This document shows, piece after piece, positions 29,147 through 40,150 of a stretch of DNA of 64,000 nt (position 1 is its first letter; the number at the start of each line of letters is the position of its first letter). Position numbers and translations under genes: made by a program. The stretch is from Enterobacter phage EspM4VN. Where the stretch lies: the sequence record LC373201.2; one strand, given 5' to 3'. The notes beneath the pieces were generated by a model, which was given only the letters and a program-made list of their open reading frames with translations, did no database searches and was not told the origin of the DNA.

Positions 29147-29728
29147 TTATAGACCAAATTTAATACGCCATTTTTCGACTTTGTGGTTAAATGCTTGCTC
29201 CACTTTGATACGGGTGGCCATCGTGCAATTGCTGTGCAGCGCCCCTTCTCCACATGCCATGCGTGCGACTTGTGTAATCAGTTGGGCAACAAGTCTCTCC
29301 AGAACGTCTTCACTGCGATAAGGCTGATTACACAATCGGATGATCCGGCCATGGTAATGGTGGATGAGGTTCAGATGCTTCTGGGGATCACGGTCAATCA
29401 GTCGGAACCAATCTTCTTCAAGATATTCGGGTGAACAATTGCTGTGCATCCCCAAACGCGTCTGCACCGAGTCAATCAACTCTTCTTTGGTCATACAGCC
29501 GTGCAGCTGCTGGTCTGTGAAATCCATGACGTACAGAAGGTCAATGGCAGAGATAATGACGTCGGCAACTTCACCATTCAACGGCTCAGAAGAGGCTATG
29601 CCGTGAAACACATCAGACAGTTCACAGATCTCTTCACCCAGTTTGTTCAGAACAAATACAGGCGAGCGGTTTGGCTCGTGCGCGGTGCAATCATAGGAAG
29701 TACCGACGATGGTGTGTATAAATTTCAT
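29147..29728 (-). CDS. MazG-like all-alpha NTP pyrophosphohydrolase candidate
   Basis: KLGEEICELSDV ... EVADVIISAIDLLYVM resembles the EExxE...D metal-binding helices of MazG/HisE. Confidence 0.35.
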   Translation of the reverse strand: MKFIHTIVGTSYDCTAHEPNRSPVFVLNKLGEEICELSDVFHGIASSEPLNGEVADVIISAIDLLYVMDFTDQQLHGCMTKEELIDSVQTRLGMHSNCSPEYLEEDWFRLIDRDPQKHLNLIHHYHGRIIRLCNQPYRSEDVLERLVAQLITQVARMACGEGALHSNCTMATRIKVEQAFNHKVEKWRIKFGL

Positions 29729-30288
29729 TTCAAAGTTCCTTGTATGCGGAGACGATTAATGTGCTCTATGATAAAGTCCATAGAGTTTTGAAAACTATAT
29801 TTCCCGTTCCGAACATATGCATGGATCAGAGGCAGGCGACTGTACGCCAATCTGAGTTTCAACAGATCGGGCATGGTCTGAAGTTTCATGCTGGTTGCGA
29901 ATAGGATATCGCGCTTGAATTCTTCAGATGACGGGTCAAGGACGATGATGCGGGAGGCCGCCAACCCCTGCCCATATTGCTTGGCTTCATAACCGTCGAG
30001 CACACGCAGGTTGTCATCCCTGTACTTCAGCCAATACCAGTATCCCTCCATGGAGTTAAACACACCATGTTCATAGGTAGTCACTGGGTGATGGGCAAAA
30101 TGCGAGAGGAAGCGCCCGAGTTCCGTTTGGCTCTGGCTGTAGATGTTGAAGTGATTCTTGCCCTCTGTTGCAGGGGTCATCTTGTTCTGTGGAACACTCA
30201 TTAGCAGCATCATGATATAGACTCTCAAATCAAAAGGGTATTGCTGTGTGTAGACAGTTATTTCTTGACGCAGCCCAAGTAGGTGCAT
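29725..30288 (-). CDS. hypothetical protein
   Basis: 187-aa ORF. Confidence 0.35.
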   Translation of the reverse strand: MHLLGLRQEITVYTQQYPFDLRVYIMMLLMSVPQNKMTPATEGKNHFNIYSQSQTELGRFLSHFAHHPVTTYEHGVFNSMEGYWYWLKYRDDNLRVLDGYEAKQYGQGLAASRIIVLDPSSEEFKRDILFATSMKLQTMPDLLKLRLAYSRLPLIHAYVRNGKYSFQNSMDFIIEHINRLRIQGTLK

Positions 30289-30500
30289 CCGAGGCCAATG
30301 GCCGAAAAGATAATAGCAAGAAGGAAACGTGTCACTTGCATTTCTGATATTGTAAGCAAACCAATGACACTCTCAATCGTCAGGAAGAAACAGATTCCAG
30401 CGACGACACCGAATTTGAACGAGTTTCGTTCTTTGTTGATTCTGATCTTGTACATATGTGCCTCCTGGTTGAAGCGGGGAGTTTCCTCCCCTGTAACTAT

Positions 30501-31001
30501 CTAGCCCAGAAACACTACTAAAGTCAAATTAGTGAGGGCGCTGCGACCTTCCCGCAGCATTTCATGCGCAGATGCAAGGCGCTTGGGGTCATGCAAAGTA
30601 TCAGAGAACACGATGATGTTTGCTTTATCGATACCCGTGCCCATGTAATGGGAGGTGGTTGTCGTGTGCTGTTTCTTGTCTACATCGGGCAATGATACAT
30701 CCGCGCCTGCTCGGGAGTGGAAGAAAGAATCGCGTTCACGAACGCTGTGAAAGACGCCCATGATGTTGAGGTTGTTCTCTGTCTGGAAATCATAGGACAG
30801 AATCTTCTTCAGCGCGGCGGTGTGCCCAGTCTGGCGCAGCATGCGATAGTACAGTATGTTTCCAGGACAGGTGGGGTCCGTCACGCCTCCCCTCGATTGG
30901 CGATCTTTCTGGATTTCATACGCATCCAGGATAAGTTGTTGGACCATTTCAATATGGGCAGTCAGGGAGATTTCTACTTTACGCTTGATCATGGATTTCA
31001 T
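30501..31001 (-). CDS. hypothetical protein
   Basis: 166-aa ORF; no motif recognised. Confidence 0.35.
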   Translation of the reverse strand: MKSMIKRKVEISLTAHIEMVQQLILDAYEIQKDRQSRGGVTDPTCPGNILYYRMLRQTGHTAALKKILSYDFQTENNLNIMGVFHSVRERDSFFHSRAGADVSLPDVDKKQHTTTTSHYMGTGIDKANIIVFSDTLHDPKRLASAHEMLREGRSALTNLTLVVFLG

Positions 31002-31358
31002 TTGGTGTAACCTCAGTTAGGTTCCGCTCATGGGGAACGGGTACATTATACGCCGAATGCCGGAAATGAAAAAGAGGCCGGAGCCTCTTTTGTTAACCCA
31101 TGATGATCGCGTTCATGACTTATTCCTCTTCATATTTGCCTGTCCTGAAGTTCCACTTTCGCGCATTCTTCAGATCCAGGTCTTTGAAGATATTCCCAAA
31201 GATCTTTTGGAAGTCGGTCTGCTCTTGTTCTTCCTCAAGATCCTTGGGCTTCTTGACAGGCTCCTTCACCATACCGCCTTCGGGTTTCCCCACATCGGCG
31301 GTCGTGGTTCCAGGGGCTGCCGAACCGTCCTCAAGGAAGTCCTGGAAGCCCTTCATGA

Positions 31359-32180
31359 TTAGACCACAGCCATTTCACAACGGGTGGAGGTCACAGAGTG
31401 GCCGTCGGCGTCTTCAACTACACACCAGTACTCACCCTCGTCGGCGGCATCAACTGCCGTGATAACCAGGCTTGCGGTAGCTGCAGTGGCGTTAGCGCCT
31501 GCATCAATCACCGTACCAGCGCCGCCAGGGACATCAGAGAAGTACCAAGCATACGTGTACGGTGTTGTGCCGCCTGTAGCAGCGATGGTGAAGGTTGCGT
31601 CAGCGCCTGCTGTCACATCCTGAGAAGCGGCCAGATCAGTAGACAGAGCCAGCGCACCCGCTACTGTGATGACGGTGGAGTCAGTGTGGCCGCCTTCGAT
31701 GGTTACGCCATAGACGGTCACCGAACCGGAAGCCAGCAGCTTGAATTTACCACCACCGATGTGTACTGCTTTGGTGATGTCGCCAGAGTACCAGTTGACG
31801 CCCTGATAGGTCGCGTTCGCCGGAGCGACGGTCGCCAGCAGTTCAACAACCTGACCGGCTTCGCCAGCAGCAGTCGCGGGAGTAATGGTCAGGCCAGTGG
31901 TCAGCACGGCGCTTGGGTCGTGGATTTCGTAAGAGATCTCGAAGCCGATAGGCTTGGTTGGATCAACTTTGGTCACGCCATCAGCCTGCAGATTGCTCTG
32001 AGTCAGCAGGGCGTCCAGGCCTTTACACTCGGTCAGGATCTCATCTGGGTCTTGGTTAAGACTGGTCTTTTCCCAACCCAGAGCAGTGCCCGTCACAGTG
32101 TGCAGACGCTCGGTTTCCGGTTTGTTGCGAACAACTTCCGGTGCTACTAATACAGTGATTGTTGGCATGGTTTCCTCCAC
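31359..32180 (-). CDS. Ig-like domain surface/decoration protein (Hoc-like)
   Basis: I-set Ig signature ATFTIAATGGTTPYTYAWYF ... GEYWCVVEDADGHSVTS; Thr/Ala-rich. Confidence 0.5.
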   Translation of the reverse strand: MEETMPTITVLVAPEVVRNKPETERLHTVTGTALGWEKTSLNQDPDEILTECKGLDALLTQSNLQADGVTKVDPTKPIGFEISYEIHDPSAVLTTGLTITPATAAGEAGQVVELLATVAPANATYQGVNWYSGDITKAVHIGGGKFKLLASGSVTVYGVTIEGGHTDSTVITVAGALALSTDLAASQDVTAGADATFTIAATGGTTPYTYAWYFSDVPGGAGTVIDAGANATAATASLVITAVDAADEGEYWCVVEDADGHSVTSTRCEMAVV

Positions 32181-32539
32181 TCGCCCAAATCGTTGTTCAG
32201 AGCCATTAATAGCTCGTTATCTGGTTCGTATGAACCGGAACATAAATCATCACGCCATACGCCTAACGTCAACAAAGCAGCCTTGAGGCGTGGAAGCTGA
32301 GACTTATCCGTCTTCAACACAAGCATACGACAGACTGCTTCTGCTTCGAACGTATTGAAGAGAGTAATCAGCTGATTCAATATGAGCCTTGGACTCTTAC
32401 CGGGCACAAATCTCTTCAATGATTGGTTAATTAGCGAAATTCGCTGTATGTCTACCAGCAACTCATCCCATGAGACAGAATCAACAATGTAATGCCTCAG
32501 GGCATACTCCATCAGATTGCTTTCGTCAACGATAACCAT
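32147..32539 (-). CDS. hypothetical protein
   Basis: 130-aa ORF. Confidence 0.3.
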   Translation of the reverse strand: MVIVDESNLMEYALRHYIVDSVSWDELLVDIQRISLINQSLKRFVPGKSPRLILNQLITLFNTFEAEAVCRMLVLKTDKSQLPRLKAALLTLGVWRDDLCSGSYEPDNELLMALNNDLGEWRKPCQQSLY

Positions 32540-32568
32540 ATAGATTAGTTCAGCTGTTGTACACTGCT

Positions 32569-32993
32569 TTATTTAATCTGCAATTTTTCGATCAGCTGAG
32601 CAATCAACGTGATGCGATCTTCTACTGTGATCCCCAAAGGTGCAGCCAGCAGCTTCAGGTCGTCCACGCCCAGAAGGTTCAGAGTCTCTACTGTGATGTT
32701 GGTGGAGATGACAGCACCCTTCTCAAACGGCTTGCCGTATTTGTCACGCCCGTAGCGCTTGAGCGTACCTGCCAACCCAGGAAGCTCCTGAAGGAGTTCT
32801 TTGGTGCCGTCTTGGTATTCGCACACCCAACCATACCCGCCAGCGTAGACGACGCCGTTGTCTCCCCTACGGGCATGTTGTCGACAGCACGTTGGAGGTA
32901 GGATGGGAGGATGCCTTCTTCGGTTGCCTGGATGGCATCAACTGGGGCTGGAGTTTGGGTTTCAACTTTCTTGACTTCTGGTTTCTTGGCCAT
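32569..32993 (-). CDS. hypothetical protein, frame interrupted near 32858-32866
   Basis: MAKKPEVKK...QRAVDNMPVG joins ...DNGVVYAGGYGWVCEYQDGTKELLQELPG... across gtagggga. Confidence 0.3.
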
Positions 32994-33318
32994 GTTCGGT
33001 TCTCCTATAGACTGTTACGTATTTACCACAGCAATTGCAGCAATACACGTGCATTGCATACCCATCATCGTTGAAGTCACACCCACCACAACGACAGAAC
33101 AACTTCACGAACTGGTCGCCATGCACTTCACGGGGAGGGAATTGTTTGTGGGAGTATTCCCTGGTCTCTCCTTCGAATTGGAAAGAGTCAATCAGGAACT
33201 TCGTTATCCGGCGGTGTGGTCCATATGCTTGCTGGGCATATTTGAAGTAGACATCAGTGGTTAACATATCGACCTCAAAGAAAAGGAGGCCGAAGCCCCC
33301 TTGTAGGTTTACTGAAGA

Positions 33319-34881
33319 TTACTTGTACAGGCCTGTCACATCAATAGACTTGTGCTGACGGTTGTACTCAGCCGTGTAATCATCCATCACCATGTATTCA
33401 CAGCAGCGGATTTTACTGGAGCCGTAATCGTTGGTGATAGAAACGATGTCACGTGGGTTCAGCTTACAGCGAACGACACGTTGGCCCACAGAACCGAAAC
33501 ACTCCTTCAGGTAGGCCAGGGAGCACACATGCAGACCGTACGAACACAGGTCGGTGTTGTTGTCGTTAACGAATGAGCGAGCCATACGCACGATGGTGCC
33601 GGGAGCGTTGCTGATCGTGTTGCTGTGCTTGTCCATGTAGTTGCCGCGCACGGATTTATAGAGGATGATGTCACCATCTTCATGAATCTCGATGTCGGAG
33701 TACGCCATGAACTCATAAATGCGCCCAGACTGAACCAGAGCAGCCGACGGGTTCTGGAACATTTTGTCCATGAACTTCGCCATACGTTCCAGATTGTCGA
33801 AATCACCTTTCAGCATCAGAGCCAGAACACGCTTGGCGATAGACGTGCCTGTGATGTCGTGGCCAGACCAGCGAACACGGTTGTCGGTCACTTCCACCAG
33901 ACCAGCAGCATACTTCGCGATGGCATCACGAGGACGCATCAGGGAGTAAGCCAGCTTCACGTCTTGGTCTTTGATCGCCTGAACGATGCGGTCATAGGCC
34001 GGATGAGAGGTGGTGATCGTTTCCGGCTTACCATCAATCGCGATGACAACGCTTTCCGGTAGAATCAGAATCTGGTGTTCGTTCAGGAACACATCCAAGT
34101 CTTTCGCGCCGAAGTCCTGCTTGGTCTTCTTGTCACCAGCCACTTCTTCAACATCTTTGATGACGACGGTGAATTCTACAGAAGACAGAGCCAGGCGCAG
34201 AGTGCGGCCGAGGATGGCATCGAAGTAACCAACACGGCGACGGGCATCCAAGGATCCACGGATAGGATAGGTTTCCCCGTCAACCACAACGCCGATTTCA
34301 ACGTTGCTTGGAACTTTGTCCGCACCTTCTGACAACGCCACAGAAATTTCTGCCATCTTGCCGATAGCTTCAACATTAAAAGCACGGCTGTTGCCTTCCA
34401 CTGCAGTCAGTTCAGACTTTTCAAAGAAAGCGCCTGTGAAATTGCCGTCGTTGGTGAGACACAGATACTTGTTGTGGTTCGGTAGATATGCCCCAACATA
34501 CCATTCTGAGTCCTCTTTGTCTTTGGCTGTCCCACCCGGCTGGACTTCGAATACTTTCTGCTCTTCCGGTTTGATAGGAGAGATCACAGTTACCTTGTTT
34601 TCCTCCTCGGTAATGCGGACCAGCAGAGCGCGAGCAATGGTCTTGGCACTGACGCTGAATGCTTCAGCCAGGGCGCGATTGCTCTCACCAGCCTTACTCT
34701 TCACCTGAATCTGCTGGATGTCTTCGGTAGACAGGGATTTCAGCGACAATGGATTGACGCCGAGTTCCGTGTCTGCAACACGTTGTACAGTCGAGCGGGG
34801 TATGCCCAACAGAGTAGCAATTGCGCTCTGGCTGGCGCCTGCCTTCAAATGCTTGAGGATCTTTTCATCAATCTTGTTCAT
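33319..34881 (-). CDS. rIIB: rIIB-like protein
   Basis: Directly downstream of and co-oriented with rIIA; N-terminal helix-turn-helix-like segments; start taken at MNKIDEKILKH. Confidence 0.45.
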   Translation of the reverse strand: MNKIDEKILKHLKAGASQSAIATLLGIPRSTVQRVADTELGVNPLSLKSLSTEDIQQIQVKSKAGESNRALAEAFSVSAKTIARALLVRITEEENKVTVISPIKPEEQKVFEVQPGGTAKDKEDSEWYVGAYLPNHNKYLCLTNDGNFTGAFFEKSELTAVEGNSRAFNVEAIGKMAEISVALSEGADKVPSNVEIGVVVDGETYPIRGSLDARRRVGYFDAILGRTLRLALSSVEFTVVIKDVEEVAGDKKTKQDFGAKDLDVFLNEHQILILPESVVIAIDGKPETITTSHPAYDRIVQAIKDQDVKLAYSLMRPRDAIAKYAAGLVEVTDNRVRWSGHDITGTSIAKRVLALMLKGDFDNLERMAKFMDKMFQNPSAALVQSGRIYEFMAYSDIEIHEDGDIILYKSVRGNYMDKHSNTISNAPGTIVRMARSFVNDNNTDLCSYGLHVCSLAYLKECFGSVGQRVVRCKLNPRDIVSITNDYGSSKIRCCEYMVMDDYTAEYNRQHKSIDVTGLYK

Positions 34882-34912
34882 CTTGTAGTTCCCACGTTGG
34901 TTAACAGGACTA

Positions 34913-37669
34913 TTATGCCCTGACAATGGAATTTGAAATAACGTCCAAGTAATCCGAAGAATTTTCAATCGGGTTCAGGGCGCTTGGTTTGTAGTTCTCT
35001 TTCAAGAACCGAATAACACGGTGTCGCTCGATGGTCAATCGATTGTCCCGCCTTGCCTTTAATGTCGGCGTCCGCGCAATATCGAATCGTGTAAACCCAT
35101 GTGTTTGCAGGGCATCCGAAGCGTATCCAAAGATCTGCAACATCTGGTGTTCTGAACGGAATATCTTTTCGTCGCGCTCGTTACTGTACAAATTCACGTT
35201 AAGAGAACTTATCGTGTCTTGGAAATGACTAAAACGACGTTTATCATGGATCGACACTGGGACTTTTGCCATGCTTTGATAATGGCGCACAGTCTGCTCA
35301 TCTAAGATGTCGTCCACAACTCTCATTAACTTGTTGTAACGTTTGACCAATTTGCCATAACGATCGTCTTCAACAACACCGAACGCCTGTTCAACCAGAT
35401 GGATCCCATATTTCAATCGGTCAGCCCCAAGTCGCATACGGCGGTATGATTCCAGTATGCGCCTGGCGCTATCGCGCTCCATCATAGGCTTCACGTTTTC
35501 CAACATGATCTTCAGAATTTCATCGATCGGGATGAAGACTTCTGGGAACTTCTTCATCATCGGAACCGATTTACGACGAGCCAAGAATATTCTGTCGTGA
35601 ATGTTCAGCATATCTTTGATGTACACAGGCTTGCCATCTTCATCCGCGTGAACGGCATGTTTGTACAGAGCCTCGCGGATGCCTCGCGCCGCAGCTGTGG
35701 TCAACGTTCTATCCATCACCTGGTGGATACACTCGTGGCCAGACACCTCAATGTAGACGATGCGCTCGCCCTTATTGATGATGTCAGAGATTTGTTCACC
35801 AGTCAGTTCTTCGTATTGGCGAATATCAAAATCACTTCTTGTGAACGGAAACAAACCAGGATCTTTGGTGACCGGAGGCGTGACATATGTCAGTTCATTC
35901 ATGAACTTGACTTCAGCAGGCTCCAGCACCGCACCCAACCAATCCATGAACTTGTCGGCGAAGAACAGATAATCGATCGTCGTTTCTTCTTCGCCAATCC
36001 AGGACTTGAAGAAGTCATGAAGTTCTTGGGCATTCCTGAACGCAGGGTTGTCCTTAGACTGGTTGCGCTTGGTGACATAAGAAGTGTTCGGTTTGGCCAC
36101 GATGACCATCGTCCCTGTATCTTTCAGTTGCTTGATCTTCAGGTTACGAGCACGGACACTGTCTTCTACAACCACAGTAACATGTTGACCGCGATCAATC
36201 CACTTCTGGATTTCTGAAATGGTCAAAGTACTGGACTCACCCCAGTCATAGAAGATCTCCATGGAGAACGGCGATGACAATTCATTGAACGGAGCGGTGT
36301 GGTCGTAGTCGCGGTCGATCTCAACAGGCAGCGGGTAACGGTAATATGAATCATGGAAGCGCTTGTCTGCCGGATATTCCTTTTCAACCATCTTGCGGAA
36401 CCCGCTGCCGAACATTTCGCTCAGTTTCGCCTTCTCCATATAGAGAGCAAGAGGACCGCGCTTACACGCCATCTCCAGGTCACGCATTTTATCCGTCAGG
36501 ATTGCATTGGCGGTCTCTTTAAACTCCTCAGAGAGCGTCTCACGCGTAAATTCGTCATATGAGAGGTCTTCACGTGATGGCGGTACGTTCAGGGAACCGA
36601 GTTCGAAGAACGTATAGGACGACGGAAACTTGCTCATGATGGAGGAAGTGTCTGGGTCCAGCTGATCCAGGTCAATCGGGTACGACACGCCACCCATCAC
36701 AGCGTAATGGGTGTGGTCGTTGCCCTTCGGCTGGATGTACGTGTTGTTGACCTTGAAATCGTAGCTGATGTCTTCCCAGCCGAAACGGTATGAAGCGTTC
36801 TCAACAACTGGACGTTGTTCAGGGCGCATGACACGACCAAGACGGACCAGTTCATCGGAGAACGCAGAGAAGCGAGCGTTCTTCACTGGGATCTTCACCG
36901 TCATGCCGTTGAATTCATCGGTGTCTTCCGGCTTAGGATCACGGGTTTCAAGATCTTTGGTGATCAGATCGACCGTTGGGATGCGCTTGGCGTTCAGGTA
37001 CATCAGGAAGCGATGGAGTTTGCCGTCCATGCGGCTTTCCACAGTGAACGAATCCGATACCGCAAATGGTGATTTTGAACCAAGGCCGAACGCCCCGATC
37101 TGATCATCGTCTTCTTCCTTCGTACTGTGGAAGAGTGTCGTGTACAGGCCGGGTGAACGGATGATCTCGCCATCTTCACGGCGGAACACCAGAGACCCAT
37201 TGTAGAACCCTGGGACGCCGATGACTTCAGCCGAGTCAGGGATCTCGTCTTCCTTCACGACCATGTTGCCTTCCAACAGCACTTCGTCTTCTTGGGCTGG
37301 GATGGCTTCGCCAATGATCTTCTCAAGCGGCAGGCCGATACCGTAATCACGGATTTCCAGCCATGGCTCAAAGTCGTCAGGTAGATGCACGACAACTCGT
37401 GTGCCCTTCGGTGCAAGGTATTTGCCGTGACGGGCAGGAGGGGGAGTGAGAGGCGCGTAGTGGGATGCTACCATACGGTGCATACGATCACGCATGCCAT
37501 GGGAGTCGATGGCGTTACAGGTGGTTTCACGCAGGGCTGCTGCCTCTTTGTAACGATATAATGATGAGAACAGAGTCTCAAACATCTTGTCGTTCATTTT
37601 GACGTTAAACGCCTGCCCCTGAATGGAAGACGACGAGCGGATAAAGTGCTCGGACTTGCGCATTTTCAT
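34913..37669 (-). CDS. rIIA: rIIA protein
   Basis: GHKL-type N-box RETTCNAIDSHGM and FGLGSKSPF match T4 rIIA RELITNMIDAH and GGFGLGSKSPF; 918 aa. Confidence 0.8.
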   Translation of the reverse strand: MKMRKSEHFIRSSSSIQGQAFNVKMNDKMFETLFSSLYRYKEAAALRETTCNAIDSHGMRDRMHRMVASHYAPLTPPPARHGKYLAPKGTRVVVHLPDDFEPWLEIRDYGIGLPLEKIIGEAIPAQEDEVLLEGNMVVKEDEIPDSAEVIGVPGFYNGSLVFRREDGEIIRSPGLYTTLFHSTKEEDDDQIGAFGLGSKSPFAVSDSFTVESRMDGKLHRFLMYLNAKRIPTVDLITKDLETRDPKPEDTDEFNGMTVKIPVKNARFSAFSDELVRLGRVMRPEQRPVVENASYRFGWEDISYDFKVNNTYIQPKGNDHTHYAVMGGVSYPIDLDQLDPDTSSIMSKFPSSYTFFELGSLNVPPSREDLSYDEFTRETLSEEFKETANAILTDKMRDLEMACKRGPLALYMEKAKLSEMFGSGFRKMVEKEYPADKRFHDSYYRYPLPVEIDRDYDHTAPFNELSSPFSMEIFYDWGESSTLTISEIQKWIDRGQHVTVVVEDSVRARNLKIKQLKDTGTMVIVAKPNTSYVTKRNQSKDNPAFRNAQELHDFFKSWIGEEETTIDYLFFADKFMDWLGAVLEPAEVKFMNELTYVTPPVTKDPGLFPFTRSDFDIRQYEELTGEQISDIINKGERIVYIEVSGHECIHQVMDRTLTTAAARGIREALYKHAVHADEDGKPVYIKDMLNIHDRIFLARRKSVPMMKKFPEVFIPIDEILKIMLENVKPMMERDSARRILESYRRMRLGADRLKYGIHLVEQAFGVVEDDRYGKLVKRYNKLMRVVDDILDEQTVRHYQSMAKVPVSIHDKRRFSHFQDTISSLNVNLYSNERDEKIFRSEHQMLQIFGYASDALQTHGFTRFDIARTPTLKARRDNRLTIERHRVIRFLKENYKPSALNPIENSSDYLDVISNSIVRA

Positions 37670-37775
37670 AGTGTAGAAATCCTATCAATGTCAAAGGGAA
37701 ACATATTGGTTGAGTGGGTATGATACTGTGGTGGGCTTCAATTGAAAAAGCCCTCGGCTGAGGGCTTTGTTCAGA

Positions 37776-38123
37776 TCAATCTTCAGTGGCAAATCGTGCC
37801 TGGAAGTTGAATGTCGGTCGGGTAGCGCCAGGCTCAAGAGTTTCCTCAAGGTAGCCCACGACGGTGCGGGTGACTGACACAGGCTCTTTGCGAGGGTTGA
37901 CCGGAGTCGCCAGTGCGATGATAGATGCCTTCTCTTCTTCAATGCGAGTGTAGTCCACATTGAAGTGATAACGGCTACCGAACGCGGCCACTTCAACTTC
38001 AGTGATCTGTAGATCTTTCAGGTCAGTGCTGCTCAGGGTTCCCACGTTTAACTGTGAGCGCAGATGCTCAACAATGTTGGAATACACATACTGTGGGGTG
38101 ATCAGCTGTTCAATAGAACTCAT
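37776..38123 (-). CDS. hypothetical protein
   Basis: 115-aa ORF; terminator-like hairpin AAGCCCTCggctGAGGGCTT at 37750-37769 downstream. Confidence 0.35.
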   Translation of the reverse strand: MSSIEQLITPQYVYSNIVEHLRSQLNVGTLSSTDLKDLQITEVEVAAFGSRYHFNVDYTRIEEEKASIIALATPVNPRKEPVSVTRTVVGYLEETLEPGATRPTFNFQARFATED

Positions 38124-38478
38124 AACATATCCTCTACTTTTCGGGTTCAGTTTTACTTAATCGAGCGACCTCTGCGCGAAGGAAGAGGATTTCATCGGCC
38201 ATCATCTTACCTTCTTCAAACATCACCCAAGACCTGGACAACTTAGGCTCACCAACGGAAATATCCTTCAGGCGCTCCTCACTTACGTTTGCGCTTGTTC
38301 TTTCCATGGGTCTTCGCCTTCTTCTTGCGGGTTACAGATGGACGACCATGGCCTGGCATGCCTGGACCTTCATGGTTGGTGTAGCGTTCTGTCCAAAACT
38401 CACCACGGTGCTCCGCAAGGGAGACACTTTCTGACATAGCCAAAGCAGCAGCGATTACAACCGAAGACATCTTGGGCT

Positions 38479-39147
38479 TCATTTCGTTTCCCCTTTAGCA
38501 GCGTATGCCAGCGCCTGAACGATCATCACCGCCAGATCGATGGGTGAGTAGGTGCCGTTCAGCTCTTCGCGAACGATTTCCTCGATCTCATGATCAGACT
38601 GAACCACAGGGCAATTCTTTTCCTGACGGCGACGTTCTGTGTTGATCAGGTCACGCAAGAGCAGGTCGGTGAAGGAGTACTGGTCAAAGTTCTCCAGATA
38701 ATTCTGAATACCTGTGGATGCCGGGGCTTCCTGCTTGCCCTCTGCGGATTCACCTTTCAGTGCCAGGCGGGTGCGATATACGATACCGGATGCCTTCTCA
38801 CGGAAGTTGTTCACCTCTGTGAAGTTCACTGGTTTACCCCACGCGTTGGTTACAGGGTTGGAGCAGGTCTGAGCGAATAGTTCAGACCATGCGTCATCCA
38901 GATGCACTACAGCAGCAGCCAGTTCATCCTGGTTTGGCATTCTAGGGGAAGCCACCGCATTAGGATCCCTCAGGGCGGCGACAGTGGCATCAATATCCCA
39001 CAGAGGGTTCAGCAACAGCAGAAGATTGACTGCGTTACCTGACTCTGAAGTCGGATTCTTGCCCAGCACCTTGTACAGGGTCTTCAGTGTATCGTCAAAT
39101 GTCAGAACGGTGTGTGCCAGTTCTTCATAAGTTGGTTTGGTAGTCAT
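38479..39147 (-). CDS. hypothetical protein
   Basis: 222-aa ORF. Confidence 0.4.
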   Translation of the reverse strand: MTTKPTYEELAHTVLTFDDTLKTLYKVLGKNPTSESGNAVNLLLLLNPLWDIDATVAALRDPNAVASPRMPNQDELAAAVVHLDDAWSELFAQTCSNPVTNAWGKPVNFTEVNNFREKASGIVYRTRLALKGESAEGKQEAPASTGIQNYLENFDQYSFTDLLLRDLINTERRRQEKNCPVVQSDHEIEEIVREELNGTYSPIDLAVMIVQALAYAAKGETK

Positions 39148-39521
39148 CAGCGTTTGCTCCGGCGTTTGTTCTTCATTTTAGTGGCCTGACGTTTTTGAGC
39201 AGCGGCTCCACGCAGGCGTGTGGGTTCTTGATAGCGGCGGTCGGCATAGAACTCCCGCATATCACATTCAGCAGACATCTCCGTGTCTCGTTGTTTCAGC
39301 TTGGCGATCAATTCCTTGGTGCCAGGCATCTGCTGTAACTCGTCGCAGATGATCATGCGCTCGCCAGGTTCACTCCGGCGCTTCGGGATATCATCGGGTG
39401 TAATGTGAACAACTTCCACTCCTGGCAGCTTCTCTTCCAGCAGGATCTTGATCAACCGAGAGCCCAGTCCGGCTCCAACAATCGCAATCTTTCTTGGCTT
39501 GTCTGTCATGTTCTTGTCCAT
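39147..39521 (-). CDS. hypothetical basic protein
   Basis: KIAIVGAGLGS N-terminus, Lys/Arg-rich tail. Confidence 0.35.
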   Translation of the reverse strand: MDKNMTDKPRKIAIVGAGLGSRLIKILLEEKLPGVEVVHITPDDIPKRRSEPGERMIICDELQQMPGTKELIAKLKQRDTEMSAECDMREFYADRRYQEPTRLRGAAAQKRQATKMKNKRRSKR

Positions 39522-39527
39522 GAAAAA

Positions 39528-39559
39528 GGGGATAGAGCAATAATACCCTATCCCCTTTT
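39528..39559 (-). terminator. rho-independent terminator for the minus-strand transcript
   Basis: GGGGATAG-(12 nt)-CTATCCCC perfect stem flanked by an A run and a T run. Confidence 0.6.
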
Positions 39560-39571
39560 ATTGAAGAACGA

Positions 39572-40036
39572 TTAGACTTCAGAGTCGGTTTCTTTTGCGA
39601 TCTGTGTCGTAAGGTCATTAGACCAACGACGCATGTCTAAAACGGGCTTTCCGTTAGGTGCCATGATGTAGATGGTATTGATCGTCTCAAACCAAGACAG
39701 TTCTTCAACCCCTTTAGTGTAAGGAGTTACAGGTACGGAAGTCTTCACATCCTTGCCCTTTACACCAGGATGGGTTTCCGCCAGCCTTAACAGGGCACAG
39801 CGACCAGCTTGGTCTATAACGCCCTCTTCGAACATCACGATCTTCTTGCGAGGATGATTGGCTTCACCCAGGCACACCACCAGATGATGGATCATCTCCG
39901 GACGGTTGATCAACGTGTCGTCACGGATGATCCCCTGCTTAACAGCGGAGATCACCACTTCGTCCAACAGCGCCTGCTGCTGGTCCAGCGTCAGTGATTC
40001 AGTAAGTTTCAGTGCCATTATTCGTACCCCAGGCAT
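39572..40036 (-). CDS. hypothetical protein
   Basis: 154-aa ORF. Confidence 0.35.
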   Translation of the reverse strand: MPGVRIMALKLTESLTLDQQQALLDEVVISAVKQGIIRDDTLINRPEMIHHLVVCLGEANHPRKKIVMFEEGVIDQAGRCALLRLAETHPGVKGKDVKTSVPVTPYTKGVEELSWFETINTIYIMAPNGKPVLDMRRWSNDLTTQIAKETDSEV

Positions 40037-40150
40037 TTGTTTAAGAAGGTCAGAACGTCATCCATGGTCTTGACTTCAATTTCAATACCGAGTTCCTTTG
40101 CCAGCGTGTTAGCATGCTGGACAATTTCTTTATCACGTTCTGACATGATA

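Noticed and set aside
30501-31001. Possible FolE, ThyX or QueD identity for the 166-aa protein
   Set aside because: None of the signature motifs (ThyX RHR-x7-S, QueD CxxxHGH, FolE CEHH) are present, so it is left as hypothetical
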